Assembly: GCA_964016885.1 (NCBI GenBank) | Contig: OZ024742.1 | Coordinates: 208,320,001-208,384,000 of the forward strand | Reading direction: 5' to 3' | DNA: 64,000 bases | Source of the DNA: Eledone cirrhosa | Taxonomy: Eukaryota | In this document: positions 1-15,295 of the stretch, piece after piece | How positions within the stretch are numbered: the first letter of the stretch is position 1 | How the letters are laid out: each line of letters begins with the position of its first letter | The notes under the pieces: model-generated | Told to the model about the DNA's origin: nothing | Databases searched by the model: none | What the model saw: only the letters and a program-made list of their open reading frames with translations | Translations under genes and position numbers: made by a program

Positions 1-27
1 ATATATATATGATATAATATATATATA

Positions 28-111
<84 letters not shown>

Positions 112-140
112 TTGTATGTATATATGTATATATATATATA
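1..140. repeat. (TA)n microsatellite
   Basis: Near-pure TA dinucleotide run. Confidence 0.95.
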
Positions 141-1376
<1,236 letters not shown>

Positions 1377-4300
1377 TTGTGTGTGTGTGTACATATATAT
1401 TTATATATATAAATATACATAAGTATATGTGCGTGTTTACGTGTATGTATAGCAGTGTATACGCTAATCATGGAGAGGTAAGGAAAATGTGTTAAATAAG
1501 TTTTTTATGCGAAGCGATGTAGCATGCGTCCTTTTTAAATTATATGAAGATATCACATGATTTACGCACATACACACAAAGGCACACACACACATAGTAC
1601 ACAAACACATACATATATATGTGTGTGGTAGTGTGTCTGTGTACGCATTTATGCGTAGCTGAATTGATATGCGTTTGTATTTAACTATTCATAAAAACAT
1701 ATGATACGCATGCAAATATCACTTTTGTTCTATTCTGTGGTAGATTTGTCTGCTACAAATTCTATAAAAAAAGAATAGATCAAGTGTGATTTTTAAAAAT
1801 AACGATCATAAATCGTGTAAGATTTAATTCTCTGTTTCAAATCAAATGAAATGTGGAATATGATTACGATAAAACGTATCATTATATGTTTCTGGACTTG
1901 TAATTTCAGAGTATTTTCCACGAATTGTACCTCAACGACAGTATTAAAGGTAGCTAATCACGGACTCAGGCGCACTAAAATGAAATTCTTGCACATTCAG
2001 GCATATTCCATTACCCACGTGGAGTTGAGAATATGCATTCCCTCAAACAATGCATTTCCTGTACTCATTTGTGTATTTGGTAGTTCTAATATGCAAATAT
2101 ATAGAAACTGAGATAACCTATTATTGCTAAACGATGTCAACTTGAATCCTACACCTTTAATTTATTTCTTTTTACTTGTCTTACTATATCGTTTTGATTA
2201 CCAACTGTAAGGTATACTTGATACTTCTACTAGTATGTCATGGTTTACTAGCTCTATAAACATAAACTTTGAAATATTTAAAATAGTATAACATAATTTA
2301 TCTTAGAATCAGTAATATTTTAAAAGTATTTAAGAGGATGTATCTTAAAATGAAGAATCTTTTAAAGTATTTTAAAATATTTTAAAATCAAAAATGTTTT
2401 TAAAACATATTTTGAAATATGGTGAAAAGGAAAGATACAGCGTAAAATAATGTTGTTTATTTACAGTTGTTTTGAAAATACATAATATAGATACATAAAC
2501 CAATGTCAAGTGATTATTTGAGATATTTCAAGAAATGATTTTAACTGACATCCACAGACATTTCTAAATATCTATAAGAAATAGATCTACTGTGGGTTTT
2601 TTCACCTCTACTTGAATACAATGCCATTGGAACATTTTGATTGACACTGAATAAACAGTGCAGATGTCTGTGTCAACTATTGGTAGCCATCTTGATATGT
2701 CTGCAACGGATGCGTTGGCAGAATTGAAATATTGTATGAGAAGAAATGAAAAGAAATCTGAAAGAAATCAGTTTAAACTAAATAATTTCACAAAGCCAAA
2801 TAAATACAATAACGGAGATATGAGAAAAATTCCCAGCGGATACTATACAAGCTATTGTACTGTTTTTCATGAGTGATAGATAGAGATAAAGAAAAAGATC
2901 AATAAATCTATTCTGATTAACTTACGAGAAGATAAATTTTGCCACAAGTAAATAATGTATAATTACATAGATAATATTGAAGGAAAAAATAAATAATACT
3001 AGACGATATCATATGATGATACCACATGATGATTATGTCTCAACGTACATTTCTAATGAGAACTATAGAGAGGCACATTATTTGAGTACATACTGGCCGT
3101 TCGTATGAACCTACCAATATTCTGCGAAGATCTAGAGTCTATTTCAATAACCCAATTTAAAAGTGTGTACACTTTAGTTTAACGCAGAGACGAATAATAA
3201 CGGAAAACTTGTTAAACAATTGAACTTATTATACGCATATGTTTCATAGGCCATATTGCATATGTATATCATTCATAGAAATTAAAAAACATGAGATTAG
3301 ATAACTATAAACATATTAACAAATGGTTGTTGTTTTTTAGCTTTAAATCAGACCCGATTCATGACACCTTATGATGATTGGCAGATAATTGTGACCTTCG
3401 TGTTTATGTTTTGTAACAGGAATGCATCAATATATCCCCTTTTATTTAAATGTTTAGGAGAAGATTTGAGGTGTATTTACTATAAAGTCAGGCAACCACT
3501 TAAAAGCACCTATGCTTGTTCGAATTAATAAATAATTTTCAGTATTTGTGTTGAATATAGAGGGCAAAGTGATGATCAAAGTAGTCGAGTGATAGGCTAA
3601 CTACGTTCGTCACATTTTACACACTAATGGTTTGAATGTCCATGTTGCCCTTGGAATATAATAAAATACGCTCGGCTCTACCACCTTTCATTCAACAGTA
3701 AAACCAGTGTGTGACAACAAAAGGAAGAATAGGATTAGAATAGATAGTTATTTTTCTTTATCCCCACAGAAAGAAGAAATGGCATGGTCGTTGGTATGAC
3801 GTCAACTCAGACCACAACAATCTGAACATGAATTTGCAATGCATTTCAGACGATGCTCTAACGAATGTGTCGGTTGTCTAACTTGATGATTGGTTAAACA
3901 AATAGAAATATTTAAATATGAACACTCGTTGAATTTCGGATGAGTTTCTAAATTCTCATGGAACCATGAAATACATAGTATTACTCTACTAGAAGCCAAC
4001 AATTTGACCATGACTCTTATCTACAAAGGTTGACCGTGAAATTAACATAAGGAAATGAATATACTAAATAAAATATAGGATTTTCTCTACTAAATACTGA
4101 TTAATCTATATCTTAAATACATTTATTGCTTCACATTTAAAATAACGATTAAAGAAAAAGAATGTATACATTTCATTAAGAGATTTAATCATGCAAACAC
4201 TTCAGGATGCTCCATTTAAATTTGGTTACTGATCCTTACAATGTACATTCCTTCACCATCAAACCGTGTACTAAAATCTACGATCTAGCCTCTCTCAACA

Positions 4301-5595
4301 GAAAACATCTATATTCTTTGCAATAGGTATTTCCTTCCAATTTTGAAACGGAATAACATTTTCTTCCTCGATCCCCCCCCCCCCACACACACCACCACCA
4401 CCACCACCACCCGACTGTAATTCTCATTCGCAACGCCTGGTAAAAATGATGTACCATTACTTAATGTCCTCCACTTTTTTATCCCTTAATAAATATTTCT
4501 ATTAAATTCTACATGCTGACTGGAAATATTATTCTTTACTAATTTATATCTTTATATTGTATTTATATGGGGTATTGTCTAAGGAGACAAATGTTATTAC
4601 ACACATCAAAAGACAATGCGGAGTAGTTTTGGACCAGTAAGAAGAAGAGACACAAAAGAAAAAAATAGTCATTGAGGAGGTAAAAAAATGTGTGATGATA
4701 GAAATCTGGCAAAATATTGAATAACGAGCAATAACGACAATGCAATAATCTTATGATGCGTGTTTCTTTTTATTGGCAATGCTGCCAAATGACCATCTCA
4801 AAACATAATATATTAAACAATAAAATATTCTTTAAGTTTTATTCCTGAAAATTGGTATATAAGTTATGTTCACACTTTGTTCTGTTGTATTTATTTCATC
4901 ATACCCCGATGAAATGAATCTGTTATGGTTTGTTCAGAACAATCTACACAATATCAGCATACAAAGTTATTAAATTTTGAACTGCGTAAGAACAAAGGAA
5001 AAGTCAAATTTGTCGAATATTGCCTAATAATACAAATTTCACTATCTACTCTCACCGATCAGCTGTGTAAATGGATTATAAAATAATTCTCAAAAACAAA
5101 ATCATGGTAGCATACCTGTGATAGATGAATGATGTATTCAATTCGACATTCTTCATTACCCCTTCCAAACATCATCGGAAGAAACTCCCAATATATTGAG
5201 CATTAAAACAAATTGGTAAGATAAAAATGTTTGTATATATAGTAAATTAATATATATGAATATTTTATTTATTTACATATCACACCGAAATTATAAATAT
5301 CATACACATTTATCCTTACTATTTCAGGTATTTTATATTATAATCTGCATAGCATATCTCGTTGTATAGAAACATTATTCCCTACAGTGAATAATAACGA
5401 GAGTTTTCCTCGGAAGAGGAAACAATAATGTCTGAATATCATAAGAATATATTAATTAAACATCCATTTTGTAGTATATAAATATACATGTATATATATA
5501 TATGTATATATATATGTGTGTGTGTGTGTGTAAGCGTATATGTGTGGAAGTTTACGCTTATGTGTGTCAATGCGTGTATGTATTATACATATATA

Positions 5596-5955
5596 TGTCA
5601 GGTCACTCCTCAGTAACATGCAATATGAGCCTGTCGTCGGCGACTAAACAGGCAACTCCACCAAGCTTTCTTGGTGAGGAGGGTGAATTTGGACACAATG
5701 CAGGATAAAAAACAAAACTCATCAAAGGGCGAAGAAACCCAGCAGAGTCAACGGCCATCCAATAAAGAGCCCTAGTCTTCATTAACACATCTCTCTAGAA
5801 GGTCACTCTGATATAAAACCTGCAGCTTCCTTTGCATCCAATGATGTATATTAGTTCTACTTTTTGGGTAAATGCATTTAATAATTAGAGCGTGGAATTG
5901 ACCCCGTGCAAAGCCTTTCTTCACTTAAAAAAGCTTGAAGCACAGGCATCACTTG
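5596..5955 (+). mobile_element. Diverged, 3'-truncated copy of the bipartite RTE-derived element
   Basis: Starts TGTCAGGTCAC and shares GGCGACTAAAC...TTTCTTGGTGAGGAGGGTGA with 57813-58421. Confidence 0.7.
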
Positions 5956-6439
5956 ATATGTGACATTTATGCTGACCATAGCCAAGTCCCTAGCATGACT
6001 AAAATGGCACGTCTGCGATGCACAAGCTTAAGTATCAAGCGTTGCCATTCATCTAAATCGAGTTGCAGCCATTATCATGTAAATATACAAACAACTATCT
6101 TCCGTTGAAGGAACAGCAGCCGAAACATTCAGATTATCTTCTTACTATATCGTAGTAGTAGAGCACTCAGTCCACGGTACGAATTTCAGAAAAGTAGTAA
6201 CACAACAGTTAGTTCATCAGACCGAAAATAATTGTTTCATCTAATGCGGATCTTCAGCTCGGACTGATAATGGTCATATGGAACAGGAAAAGGAGAAACA
6301 ACCATATAAACACGTATGCGCAGAAACGATCACTTCTCCCAGGCGATATAAAACCATGGTCGAAAGGTGTAAGGGAAATAACTGCGAATGTCCAGAATAA
6401 ATTGTTCGAGTTGATTAGAATATTAGAATGTTGATGTTA

Positions 6440-7040
6440 TTCAATCCGGAGCTTTGTAGTTATGCAAGATGTGTTTCCAGACGTGTGGACAACGTTAGAA
6501 GATTTTATTTCTTGAATTGAGGCAATCGTTATTGCGTAATCTCCTTAGAATATTGATCCTTTCTTAAATACACAGTCCACAAGATGGATTACCCCTTGCG
6601 CATGGCTTGGACTTAGTGATAGCTTTCCAATGAATGGAGTAGTCTACACCTGAGTCTTTGAGAGACGATACGTCGCTCGCGAGCTTCGTAGATGATCTTT
6701 TTTCCGGGTATCTAAATGTCGACTGATGATTCAGGAAGCGTTCGTTAAACCGGCCCTCCGCCATACCCACATAGGATTTGAACTCTTGCTGTTGGTTTTG
6801 TCGGTTGGAAGTGACCACAGTTTCATAAACTACAGCGGGTGTGCTGCATTGCTGCTGAAGGGGACAAGCTTCAGGCTTTCGGCAAGCGCATCCTGGTGGT
6901 GATGTAAGCCTTCATATTCTTAGCTCAGGAGTACCCTAGTTTTACTCTGTGTCTGTTAAAGATGGAGAGGTATGTGTGACCTATGGGCAAGTGTCTATCT
7001 AAGAGGGCTAAAATTATTTTTCTACATTAGTTTTAACATA
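6440..7040 (-). pseudogene. Penelope-like element fragment, GIY-YIG endonuclease (Naiad-like CxC-x5-C linker)
   Basis: CACRKPEACPLQQQC..VVYE..SYVGMAEGRFNERFLNHQSTF..CGLC; contains stop codons. Confidence 0.8.
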
Positions 7041-7685
7041 TCTGTGTTTATCTCTCTTTATTATATTGAATTATATTACACGTCCCGGAAAAAGTTTTTT
7101 TTCCTTGAGCTATTTAATTGTAAGGGACTATTTTGAGTTTCCAACTCAATATATACATTTGATAAATCCGGCTGCTTGAATTTGTAGAGCCTTTTTAAAT
7201 GTCGAGTAAAACTGGCTGCTATTTTTAGTAGAATACGGTTTACGAGATACGCTAGACACTAAATGCCACATGCGTTATTCTAAACACGTGCCTCATTTAG
7301 TCTTCTAAGAAACCTAAAAGTGAAAGGTTTACTAATTTGGACATCCACTGACGAACAATGGAATTGATAATTCCTTTCACTTGATGCGAAACAGTTATAC
7401 CAAAAACTGTCTGGATGTGTATTTGATAGTTATCACAGTTCGGTTTGTACTTTTTCTTAATTTATTCTTTTAATTGAGTCTGACAAACTATATTGTTCAT
7501 AGTTAGTATCCTATTCACCCTAGCCAATCTTGTCCCTTATGATTTGAACACATATATGTATATATCTGTGTTTATCTCTCATTATTATATTGAATTATAT
7601 TAATCGACGCGGATTTTTTTTTTCCTTGAGCTATTTAATTGTAAGAGACTACTTTGAGTTTCTAACTCAATATATACTTTTGATA
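7038..7685 (+). repeat. Direct repeats (7038-7164 / 7562-7685) bracketing a hammerhead; pLTR-like
   Basis: Two ~125-bp diverged direct repeats next to the GIY-YIG fragment. Confidence 0.7.
7341..7418 (+). ncRNA. Type I hammerhead ribozyme motif with long stems II and III
   Basis: acatcca CTGACGA ... GAAACAGTT ataccaaa AACTGTC tggatgt; perfect 7-bp stem I, 6-bp stem III, GUC site; mismatch at the base of stem II. Confidence 0.75.
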
Positions 7686-7774
7686 TATATATATATCATT
7701 ACGTTTTGTTCTCTCGTGTTCATTTTCGTTGTTGAATTTTCTTATATGTATATCTATCAATCATTCTCTCTCCC

Positions 7775-7860
<86 letters not shown>

Positions 7861-8440
7861 GGTGGCTGCCAACTCGTTTTCGAGTAAGGCCACTACTTTA
7901 TATCCATGTAGGAGAACCCCTACCGATGCGCTGAACGAGTATGACTTTTTAGTCCAGCCTGTGACCTGAAAACTCTGGTACAAACACTACACCTGTGATA
8001 ATTATTGACACACAGTGCTGGGCCCATGGTACTATGTGACGACAATGCCTGTGCCGTGAAGCTTTTATAGTGAGCAAAGGCACTGCACAAAGCCAGTCCC
8101 ACTCTCTTAACCAAGATGATATTTACCAAAAAGAAGAACAAGTCAACATCATTGGATACCATCAGGGTTGCAGGTGTTAAATCAGAGTTTCCCTTCTCCT
8201 AGAATTCTGCCTTGACAAAGGCTAAGGGGTCATCTCTCCCGGTGATTTTGGATGGCCATTGATTCTTAAGAGTTCCTTTGAACTTTGACAGGTTTTGTTT
8301 TTAGTCCTGCAGGATGTCCAAAGTCACCCTCCTCACCAAGAAACATTGGTAGGGTTGCCAGTTTAGTCGCCAACGGCCCGACCATGAGACAGGTTGTACT
8401 GGGATACATGTTACCAGTAGCACCAACTGGTGACCTGACA
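7861..8440 (-). mobile_element. Bipartite RTE-derived non-autonomous element (~580 bp)
   Basis: Highly similar to 44002-44608 and 57813-58421; 3' part encodes a C2H2 remnant [22 protein letters not shown]; RTE-like 3' stem-loop. Confidence 0.8.
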
Positions 8441-8531
8441 TACATACATAGATACATACATACATACATACATGATGGCTTCCCCCTCGTTATCGAGTAT
8501 GGCCATTGCACGAGGAGAAAGAAAAAAAAAA

Positions 8532-8606
<75 letters not shown>
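8441..8606 (-). mobile_element. RTE LINE 3'-end fragment: (TTA)n, poly-T, stem-loop, (ATGT)n tail
   Basis: GTGCAATGGCCATACTCGATAACGAGGGGG(A/C)AGCCATC(ATGT)n is nearly identical to the RTE 3' end at 25058-25113. Confidence 0.8.
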
Positions 8607-8607
<1 letters not shown>

Positions 8608-8849
8608 TTTTCTTTATTAACCACAAGGGTTCACATAAAGTAGACATTAAGGACAGTACAGGACAATACAGGGCGGTACAAATGGGCATTTCTGCGTGTA
8701 AAAAAACAGAGGTTGAAATAAAATAACAAAGAAAAATTCCCCAATAGGGGGGAGACTTCCAAGGGACATTTGTGGAGAAAGCCCATTAAAAGACCACAGT
8801 GGCCCTGACCACCAGGGCAAGTGCCCTCTCCCAGTTTTCCACCTTTAAT

Positions 8850-11800
8850 TTACAGACACATACTCAGAGAAGGCCCATTCATTCGGGCCATACTTGCTTC
8901 TCTCACCCATCTTTCAACAAAATGCTGGGAAGAGAGCACTTCCCTCTCTACCCTGATTTTCCTTTTCAGATGAAATTTGAAAAAGTTAATCAGGGCATCA
9001 CCGAAGAGGTAAGTGCTCGTCTTCAGCCCTTTCAAACGTGTCCACCATACTATCTCTTTCGCCATGGCCACCAGACAGATAAAAATTGCCTGCCCTTCCC
9101 GGCTAAAGGAAGAGGGCGGGGCAATCCTCACGATGGACTCAGCTGATAGCCGGATCCGTCCTACACGTGACAGCAGGTGTTCGACATAAACCCACAAGTC
9201 AGCAATGCTTGGACATTGGACGAGTGCGTGCAGGACGGTTTCGTCGCCCTGTGCGCATCTCGGACATGCCCGGCTGACGGCACCTCAATGCCTGTAAAGT
9301 TTATCCCGAACTGGCAAAGCACCCCGGTAGCACTGCCAGGCCAGGGATTTCTGGAAGTTGTCCATAGGCCCCGGCCCGAAAGTCCTTCCGAAGAGATTGG
9401 CTAGTTGATTTTCGTCGACGACTAGAGTTTCTCCAAGTACGTCGTCACTCTTCCATTCCACTAATCCCCTATAGAACGCCAAGGTGGAGTTTCCACCGAT
9501 CACATTGCCCGATTGGTCGAGGGCTTTGAGCGCCTGAAGACATTCCAGTCTCCAAGCGCTCCCTCTCGGTCTTCGCTTGACCCAGGAGTGCAGCTCCGTC
9601 AAGGAGACGAGCTGGGGAAAAACGTGTCTAGCAAACGGCGACCACACCTGATCACCGTCGAGGAAGAGGTGGAGATGTCGTAGCCTGAGCGCGTGTCTGC
9701 GCATCATCAGCCACGGCATGCCCAGCCCTCCACGTAGCGGGTGTTGACAGCAGATGAACCGCCTGACCATCGGAGCGCGTCCCTTCCACGAGAAGCGAAA
9801 GAGCAAACGCTCCAGCGCAGTCAGGCGGGGCTTAGGACAAGGTACGACGGTCAGGCGATAGTAGATGACGGACGCGATGTACGCGTTAGCCACCTCCGCT
9901 CGACCTTTCAGAGATAGCTTCTTCTCGGCCCATTTCTGGGTGAGAAAAACAACCCTGCTCGTCACCTCGTCCCAGTTTTTGTCCGTCTGGAGGTCTGGAC
10001 CGAACCAGACCCCTAGCAATTTAACCGGTCCGTCCGTCCAGCGCCCGACGACGCTGTTGGACGGCATGGACCTGCCTCTCCAGGTGCCGAGCTGCAGGCC
10101 CACTGACTTTTCCTGGTTGATCATTGCTGCTGTCACCGCTTCGTATTCTCTTAGTGTAGTGCCGATCGCCTCGATGTGTTTGGCGTTCGACACCACTACG
10201 GTGACATCGTCGGCATATGCTGACACGGATCTTCCGCATCCTAGTTCGCGCGGGACCCCCCTCAACGTCTCCAGTTTGTGCAGTAATGGCTCGAGAGTCA
10301 ATACGTACAATAAGGACGAGAGGGGACATCCTTGGCGGACCGAGCGCATGATGTTGAACGGTTCCGAAAGGTGACCGTTCACTCTCACTACAGAGCAGAT
10401 GTCGCTGTGCATGGCAGCGATCCAGCCTCTGAAGACGGGCCCAAAGCCAGCCGCCCTCAGGACTGCCGCTAGGTAACGGTGGTCGACCCTATCGAAGGCT
10501 TTCGACTGATCTAAATTGATCAAAGACCCACCCGTGCCAGGTTACCTAGCTACACTCTCTACGATGTATCGCATGAGGTGGAGATTGTCGTGGATGGATC
10601 TGTCGGGAATGGCGCATGTCTGTGCCTCTCCCACCAGACCACCAACGACAAGCGCCAACCTCTTTGCTAGCACCTTGGCCAAAATCTTGAACTCTGTGTT
10701 TAGCAGAGTTATGGGCCTAAAATGATCTATGTTATCCCCCTTGTTCGGATCCTTTCTCAGCAGCGCCACCGCTCCTCGGCTCACAGAGCTGGGAATTCTC
10801 CCGTTCTGTTGCCAGTTACAGTAGACGTCCACCAAGAGGCCTCCGAACAAGTTTGGCATTTGTACGTAAAGTTCATAGGGCAGACCATCCAAACCAGGCG
10901 ATTTACCCCTTGTGCAACTAGTTATTGCATCCCGTACTTCAGCGGTTGTTATCACTCCGCCTCAGTGGCCGAAAGCCGCGGCAGTCCGTCGAGGTAGACA
11001 CTAAAGTCCATCCCTCGATCCGGCCCGCAACTGCCCCCGAACAATTGAGCGAAGTGTCGCTGAAAAGCTTCACACATTTGCCCGGGATCGAGTAGCATGC
11101 GCCCGTCGTGGTCCACCAAAGACCGGATCGTGGTTTGTTGCCACGACGCGCCTCCGCCACTCGGGCCCATTGAACGGCTTTCGTCCCCTCGTGTCTGAGA
11201 GCACGCACCCTAGCTCTGACAACGCAACCTTCGTGCTTTGCATTGAAGAATTGGTCAAGGGCCAATTTCGCCGCAAGTACGTCGGTCGCGATGTCTTTGC
11301 TAAGCGCCTCATCTAATTTTCTAACTAATTCTCCCTCTGCTCTATTTTTCTCTATTGCTAAAGTCTTACTCAACCTAATGGACTCTATTCTAATTGCTCT
11401 TTTCAGAGCAAACCACCACTTGTTGACGATGGCCCCCGTCAACACCCGCTTAACTAGTTCGCTTATCCGGTCTCTGTAGGCCTTGCGCGCTGGTAAGGAC
11501 GCGTTTAGCTTCCAGTAGCCGGGTATCGTCTATGAAGCCTATCTAAGTCAAGCACACAGATCACGAATGTGTGGTCCGTGTAGCTGACTATCTTGAATTG
11601 TGGACAGCCTATGCTAGACCTATCTATTTCCCTACAAAATACTCTATCTAGATATGATCTGGATGACCCTATACGATTTGTCCAAGTCCACATTTGTACA
11701 TTCGAGAAATCCATTCGGTACCTTTCAGATAGTTCAAAACGTCTGAGCAGGTTGGTGAGACTCTTGCACACTCTTTCCCTATCCACTAATCCCACACAAT

Positions 11801-12251
11801 CCCAGCGTGCATCTAAGATCCCGTTCCAGTCGCCCACTAACACTAAAGAGCGGGACGTTCCAAGAAAGGTCTCCAGACGCCGGAAGAAATCAGGCCGTCC
11901 TGCTCCTGTCGGGGCATAGACGGCCACTAACCTGAAAGCTTGCCCGTCTGCGCTGGTCACGTCCAGCACCACCAACTTACCTTCTGGGTCCAGGAAGATG
12001 GTCCGTATGGCAAGATCCAAACCTCTCCGAAAAAGCACAGCAACTCCTCCCCCCGATCCCGGACGGCTGGGAGATGCGTACACATCGTAGCCGCCGAAGA
12101 TCGGTGCGAAAGCCTGTGCTTCGGAGATTCTGGTCTCGCTGATGGCCACTACATCTATGTTTAGTGACCTGAGGTCGTTGAGCAGGTGGCCCTGCTTCCA
12201 TGACGACCCCAAGCCACGCGCATTTATGCTGCCTATTCTGAGTGAGGTCAT
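8850..12251 (-). pseudogene. Tx1 ORF2: AP endonuclease, reverse transcriptase and C-terminal Zn-binding region; ~5 frameshifts
   Basis: SINARGL, VVAISET, LVGDWN, KSPGLDGLP, FRPITLLNTEFKILAK, LDQSKAFDRV, VRQGCPLS, AYADD, spread over ORFs 11505-12251, 10939-11445, 10952-11170, 10542-10955, 9285-10523 and 8850-9197. Confidence 0.9.
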
Positions 12252-12286
12252 GTTGAAAAGGAGTGGAAAAGATATGGAAAGACCAC

Positions 12287-14290
12287 TTACCTTACTTCTC
12301 GTAGGGGAAGGACGGTTTTTCCATCCTTTTCACTGCTTTTGGCCTCCTCAGGAAGGATGTCCTTATAAATCCTCCTGGAGAGTGCTTGTCGGAAGTCTCC
12401 GATGTCTTTGGGGAATTTTTTTTTTAGTGTCATGTACGTTTTCTGTGTGATGCGAGTGATTTGTATGTGTGGAGGTGGTGTGAATTTTGGGGTTGTTGTG
12501 TAGTCTTTTTCTGTGATGCTGGTGTTGTGTTGGATGTAGTGGAATAATTGCTTGTTGTTCAAATTTAATGCTGTGTAGTGTGTATCGTTTTGGTTGTTTT
12601 GTTTTGTTTGCGTTTGTTGTGGGTTTGTTTCTGTTTCGCATTTTGGTGACTTTTGTGGTGTAGGTGATGGTGGTGTTGGGGTTAATGATGGTGATGGTGT
12701 TGGTGTTTGGGTTGATGGGGTTGGTGATGCTGGTGTGGATGGTGGCATATCTACCATAACTTTTTTTGTTTCTTAATTTATTTGTTTCCCTCTGTATTTT
12801 GTTTTTGGAGGGGGAAGGTAGAGATTTTTTTCTTTTTTGGTTTATTTTTTTTTTTCCGGATATCGTTTCCCACTTCTCGTTGTCACAATCTGTCTCCAGT
12901 TGTGATAGGCCGGGGAGTGGAAAATCCTCCACAGGCTTTAGTTTTGGTTGTGGCGTGGTGGATGGTGTAGGCGCTGATGCTAGTTCTGAAGTGTTGGGTG
13001 GTGGTGGTGTTGGTTTTGCTGGTGGTGGTGGTGGTGTTGGTTTTGCTACTGTTGCTGGGGTTGTTGCTGTTATAGTTGCTTCTGTTGTTGCTGCTACAGT
13101 TGTTGCTGCCATCTCTGCTACTGGTGGTGTTGATGGTTGTGTCACTGGGGTGGGTAGGAGAGGTGGCCTCAACCTTTTAGCCTGAGGGCAGAAAGCCCTT
13201 AGGTGGGTTCCTTCACCACAAACGACACACCTAGGTCTTCTGCCCTCGACAATTACCGTGAGGTGGCTGCCGTCAGTGAGGTCTATTACCTCTGGGATCT
13301 CCTCAATGCTTTTTAGGTCCGCTTGGATCAGGAGCTCCATCCCAGATCCGGACCAGTTCTCCTGCTTTTCTTTTGTTATTGCTATTATTTTTGTGTTGGC
13401 TTCGATGCCGGCGAGGACGGCCGCTATTAGCCAGGGAATTTCGATGGCCGGTGGAACGTGGGTCACCCTGATCTTTACGAGTCTCTGGCCACAATAGCTT
13501 GGGACGAGTGTGAAGTCGTCACTTCTTAATGGCGCCATGGAATGTTCTCTAGCCTCCTCTGGTGTTTCAAAGAACACGTCCACGGTTCCATACTTTTGCC
13601 CACGTCTGATGTGGGTTTTTCTTGCCCACACATGTCCCAAAGCTTTTTGGATTTGGGACTCGGATGCCCGTTCCACTCGGCGCGATTTTACATTTATTGT
13701 TCGATACGACACGGTGCATAGGCGCCGATGCTCCATTTTATTAGGTGGGGGGGGGGGGGGGTGAGGCTGACCCTGTACCCATCTTTCTTTACCATTTGTT
13801 TGGCATTTTCTAAATCCACCTGAGTTACCGTAAATGCTTCGAACTGTTTTGCTACTCTGGCGAAACTGAGGGTGGTTTTTATAATGTCATTGTTGTTGTT
13901 GTTGCTATCGTTATTTGTGTTAATATTAATTTTAGTTTCAGTTGTGGTGGTGGTGACGTCAGTCGTCTTTGGTGGGGAAGAGTCCATTTTGCTTGATTTC
14001 ATTTCGACATCACGAGTTAATTTATTTTTTTCTTCTTTTGTTTCTGTTGTCACTGTGGTGGTGGGGGTGGTGGTTGTCGCGGTGGTGGTGGTGGTGGAGG
14101 CTTTAACACCTGCAGTCATTGGTAATGGCGGGAAATGAATGTCTGCCTGAGACAAATTTAAAATATTGCTACTGCTTATATTTTTTGTCGTGTTGGCAAA
14201 CGTAGTAACATTTACAATGGTGGTGACGGTGTGAGGTGTTAATTTGTGAGGAAGGCTTTCAGCTGCTTGGTGCAGAGGTGAATTAGCCAT
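12287..14290 (-). pseudogene. Tx1 ORF1 (gag-like, CCHC zinc knuckle, P/T-rich), broken at homopolymer runs
   Basis: GRRPRCVVCGEGTHLRAFC (CX2CX4HX4C); frame switches at the G-run near 13750 and in an A/T run near 12760-12860. Confidence 0.8.
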
Positions 14291-14499
14291 TTTTTTTCAA
14301 AGAAATTTTTTGATAATAATATAGGTTTAAATTTTGGACACAAGGCCCCAATCTTTTTGGGTGTCCTTTTCCGAAAACAATGTATGTGCGCTTATATATG
14401 GTTAACAATAAAAATTTTCCATAAATAGCAATTTTTAACAAACGGAAATAACAAACCTTTGCGGAGCTCACGATGATACGATTTACTACGTAGGTCGCC

Positions 14500-14552
<53 letters not shown>
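14500..14552. repeat. (AAT)n microsatellite at the Tx1 5' junction
   Basis: Pure AAT run; its counterpart is at 8532-8606. Confidence 0.95.
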
Positions 14553-14559
<7 letters not shown>

Positions 14560-14588
14560 AAAATTAAATAAAAATTAAAAATTTTTTT

Positions 14589-14631
<43 letters not shown>

Positions 14632-14968
14632 TATATTAGAATAACAGATTAAAGTTTAAGCAGAGGATCGCTGCTTTCACACTTAACGGGATCTTCTGAA
14701 ACTAAAAAAAAGTCAATCTGTGGACGCAAATGTAAATATTTTGAAAAACGTTGCAACCGAAGAAAAACAGGTAGACGATACTTTGGTTGGTGAAGACGTT
14801 CCCTGGCAATGAACGGAAAAAACAAAGATAATACCTCGTTATGTGGAGCGCTGAGAACAATTTCACGCAAAGACAAAAAACCAAAACAACGTTTTTTGTA
14901 TAACTGGAGTCATTAGAGTAATATTCTATTTAGGAAACCGAATGAATCTCAGTTCCGGAGTTTAAGAA

Positions 14969-15150
14969 TAATTGTTTCTACTTTAGGCACAAGGCCAGCA
15001 ATTACCCAATGCATTACTGGTACTTTATTTTATCGACCCCGTAAGGATGATAGGCAAAGTCAACCTCGGCGGGATTTGAACTCGGACTGGCAAGGGCCGT
15101 AACTCTATACGTCAAAGCATGGCGTCCGACCCTTTACCAATACTGCCATT
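14969..15150 (-). mobile_element. tRNA-derived SINE (octopod-type, conserved GCCTTTCATCC..GGGGTCGATAAAAT..AGTACCAG body)
   Basis: Reverse complement has A box TGGCAGTATTGG and B box GTTCAAATCC; copies at 23246, 40970 and 52626. Confidence 0.85.
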
Positions 15151-15246
15151 CAAGAATAATATAAATGAATTTGTGGAACGAAAATGACAGAGTTAATTAA
15201 ATCGTAAAAGTAAGTAAAAATAGTTAAGATTTACGCCGGTACATAT

Positions 15247-15295
<49 letters not shown>

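Larger units (their letters stand above)
8607..14499 (-). mobile_element. Near full-length Tx1-clade non-LTR retrotransposon
   Basis: ORF1 with CCHC knuckle, ORF2 APE+RT, 3' AATAAA; (AAT)n at both ends. Confidence 0.9.

Noticed and set aside
2600-2760. Possible minus-strand host exon (pyrimidine tract plus CAG acceptor)
   Set aside because: No recognisable peptide, weak donor site and no supporting neighbouring exons
6170-6230. Minus-strand CTGATGA...GAAA downstream of the GIY-YIG fragment
   Set aside because: Stem II does not pair and the stem I register is wrong; at best heavily decayed
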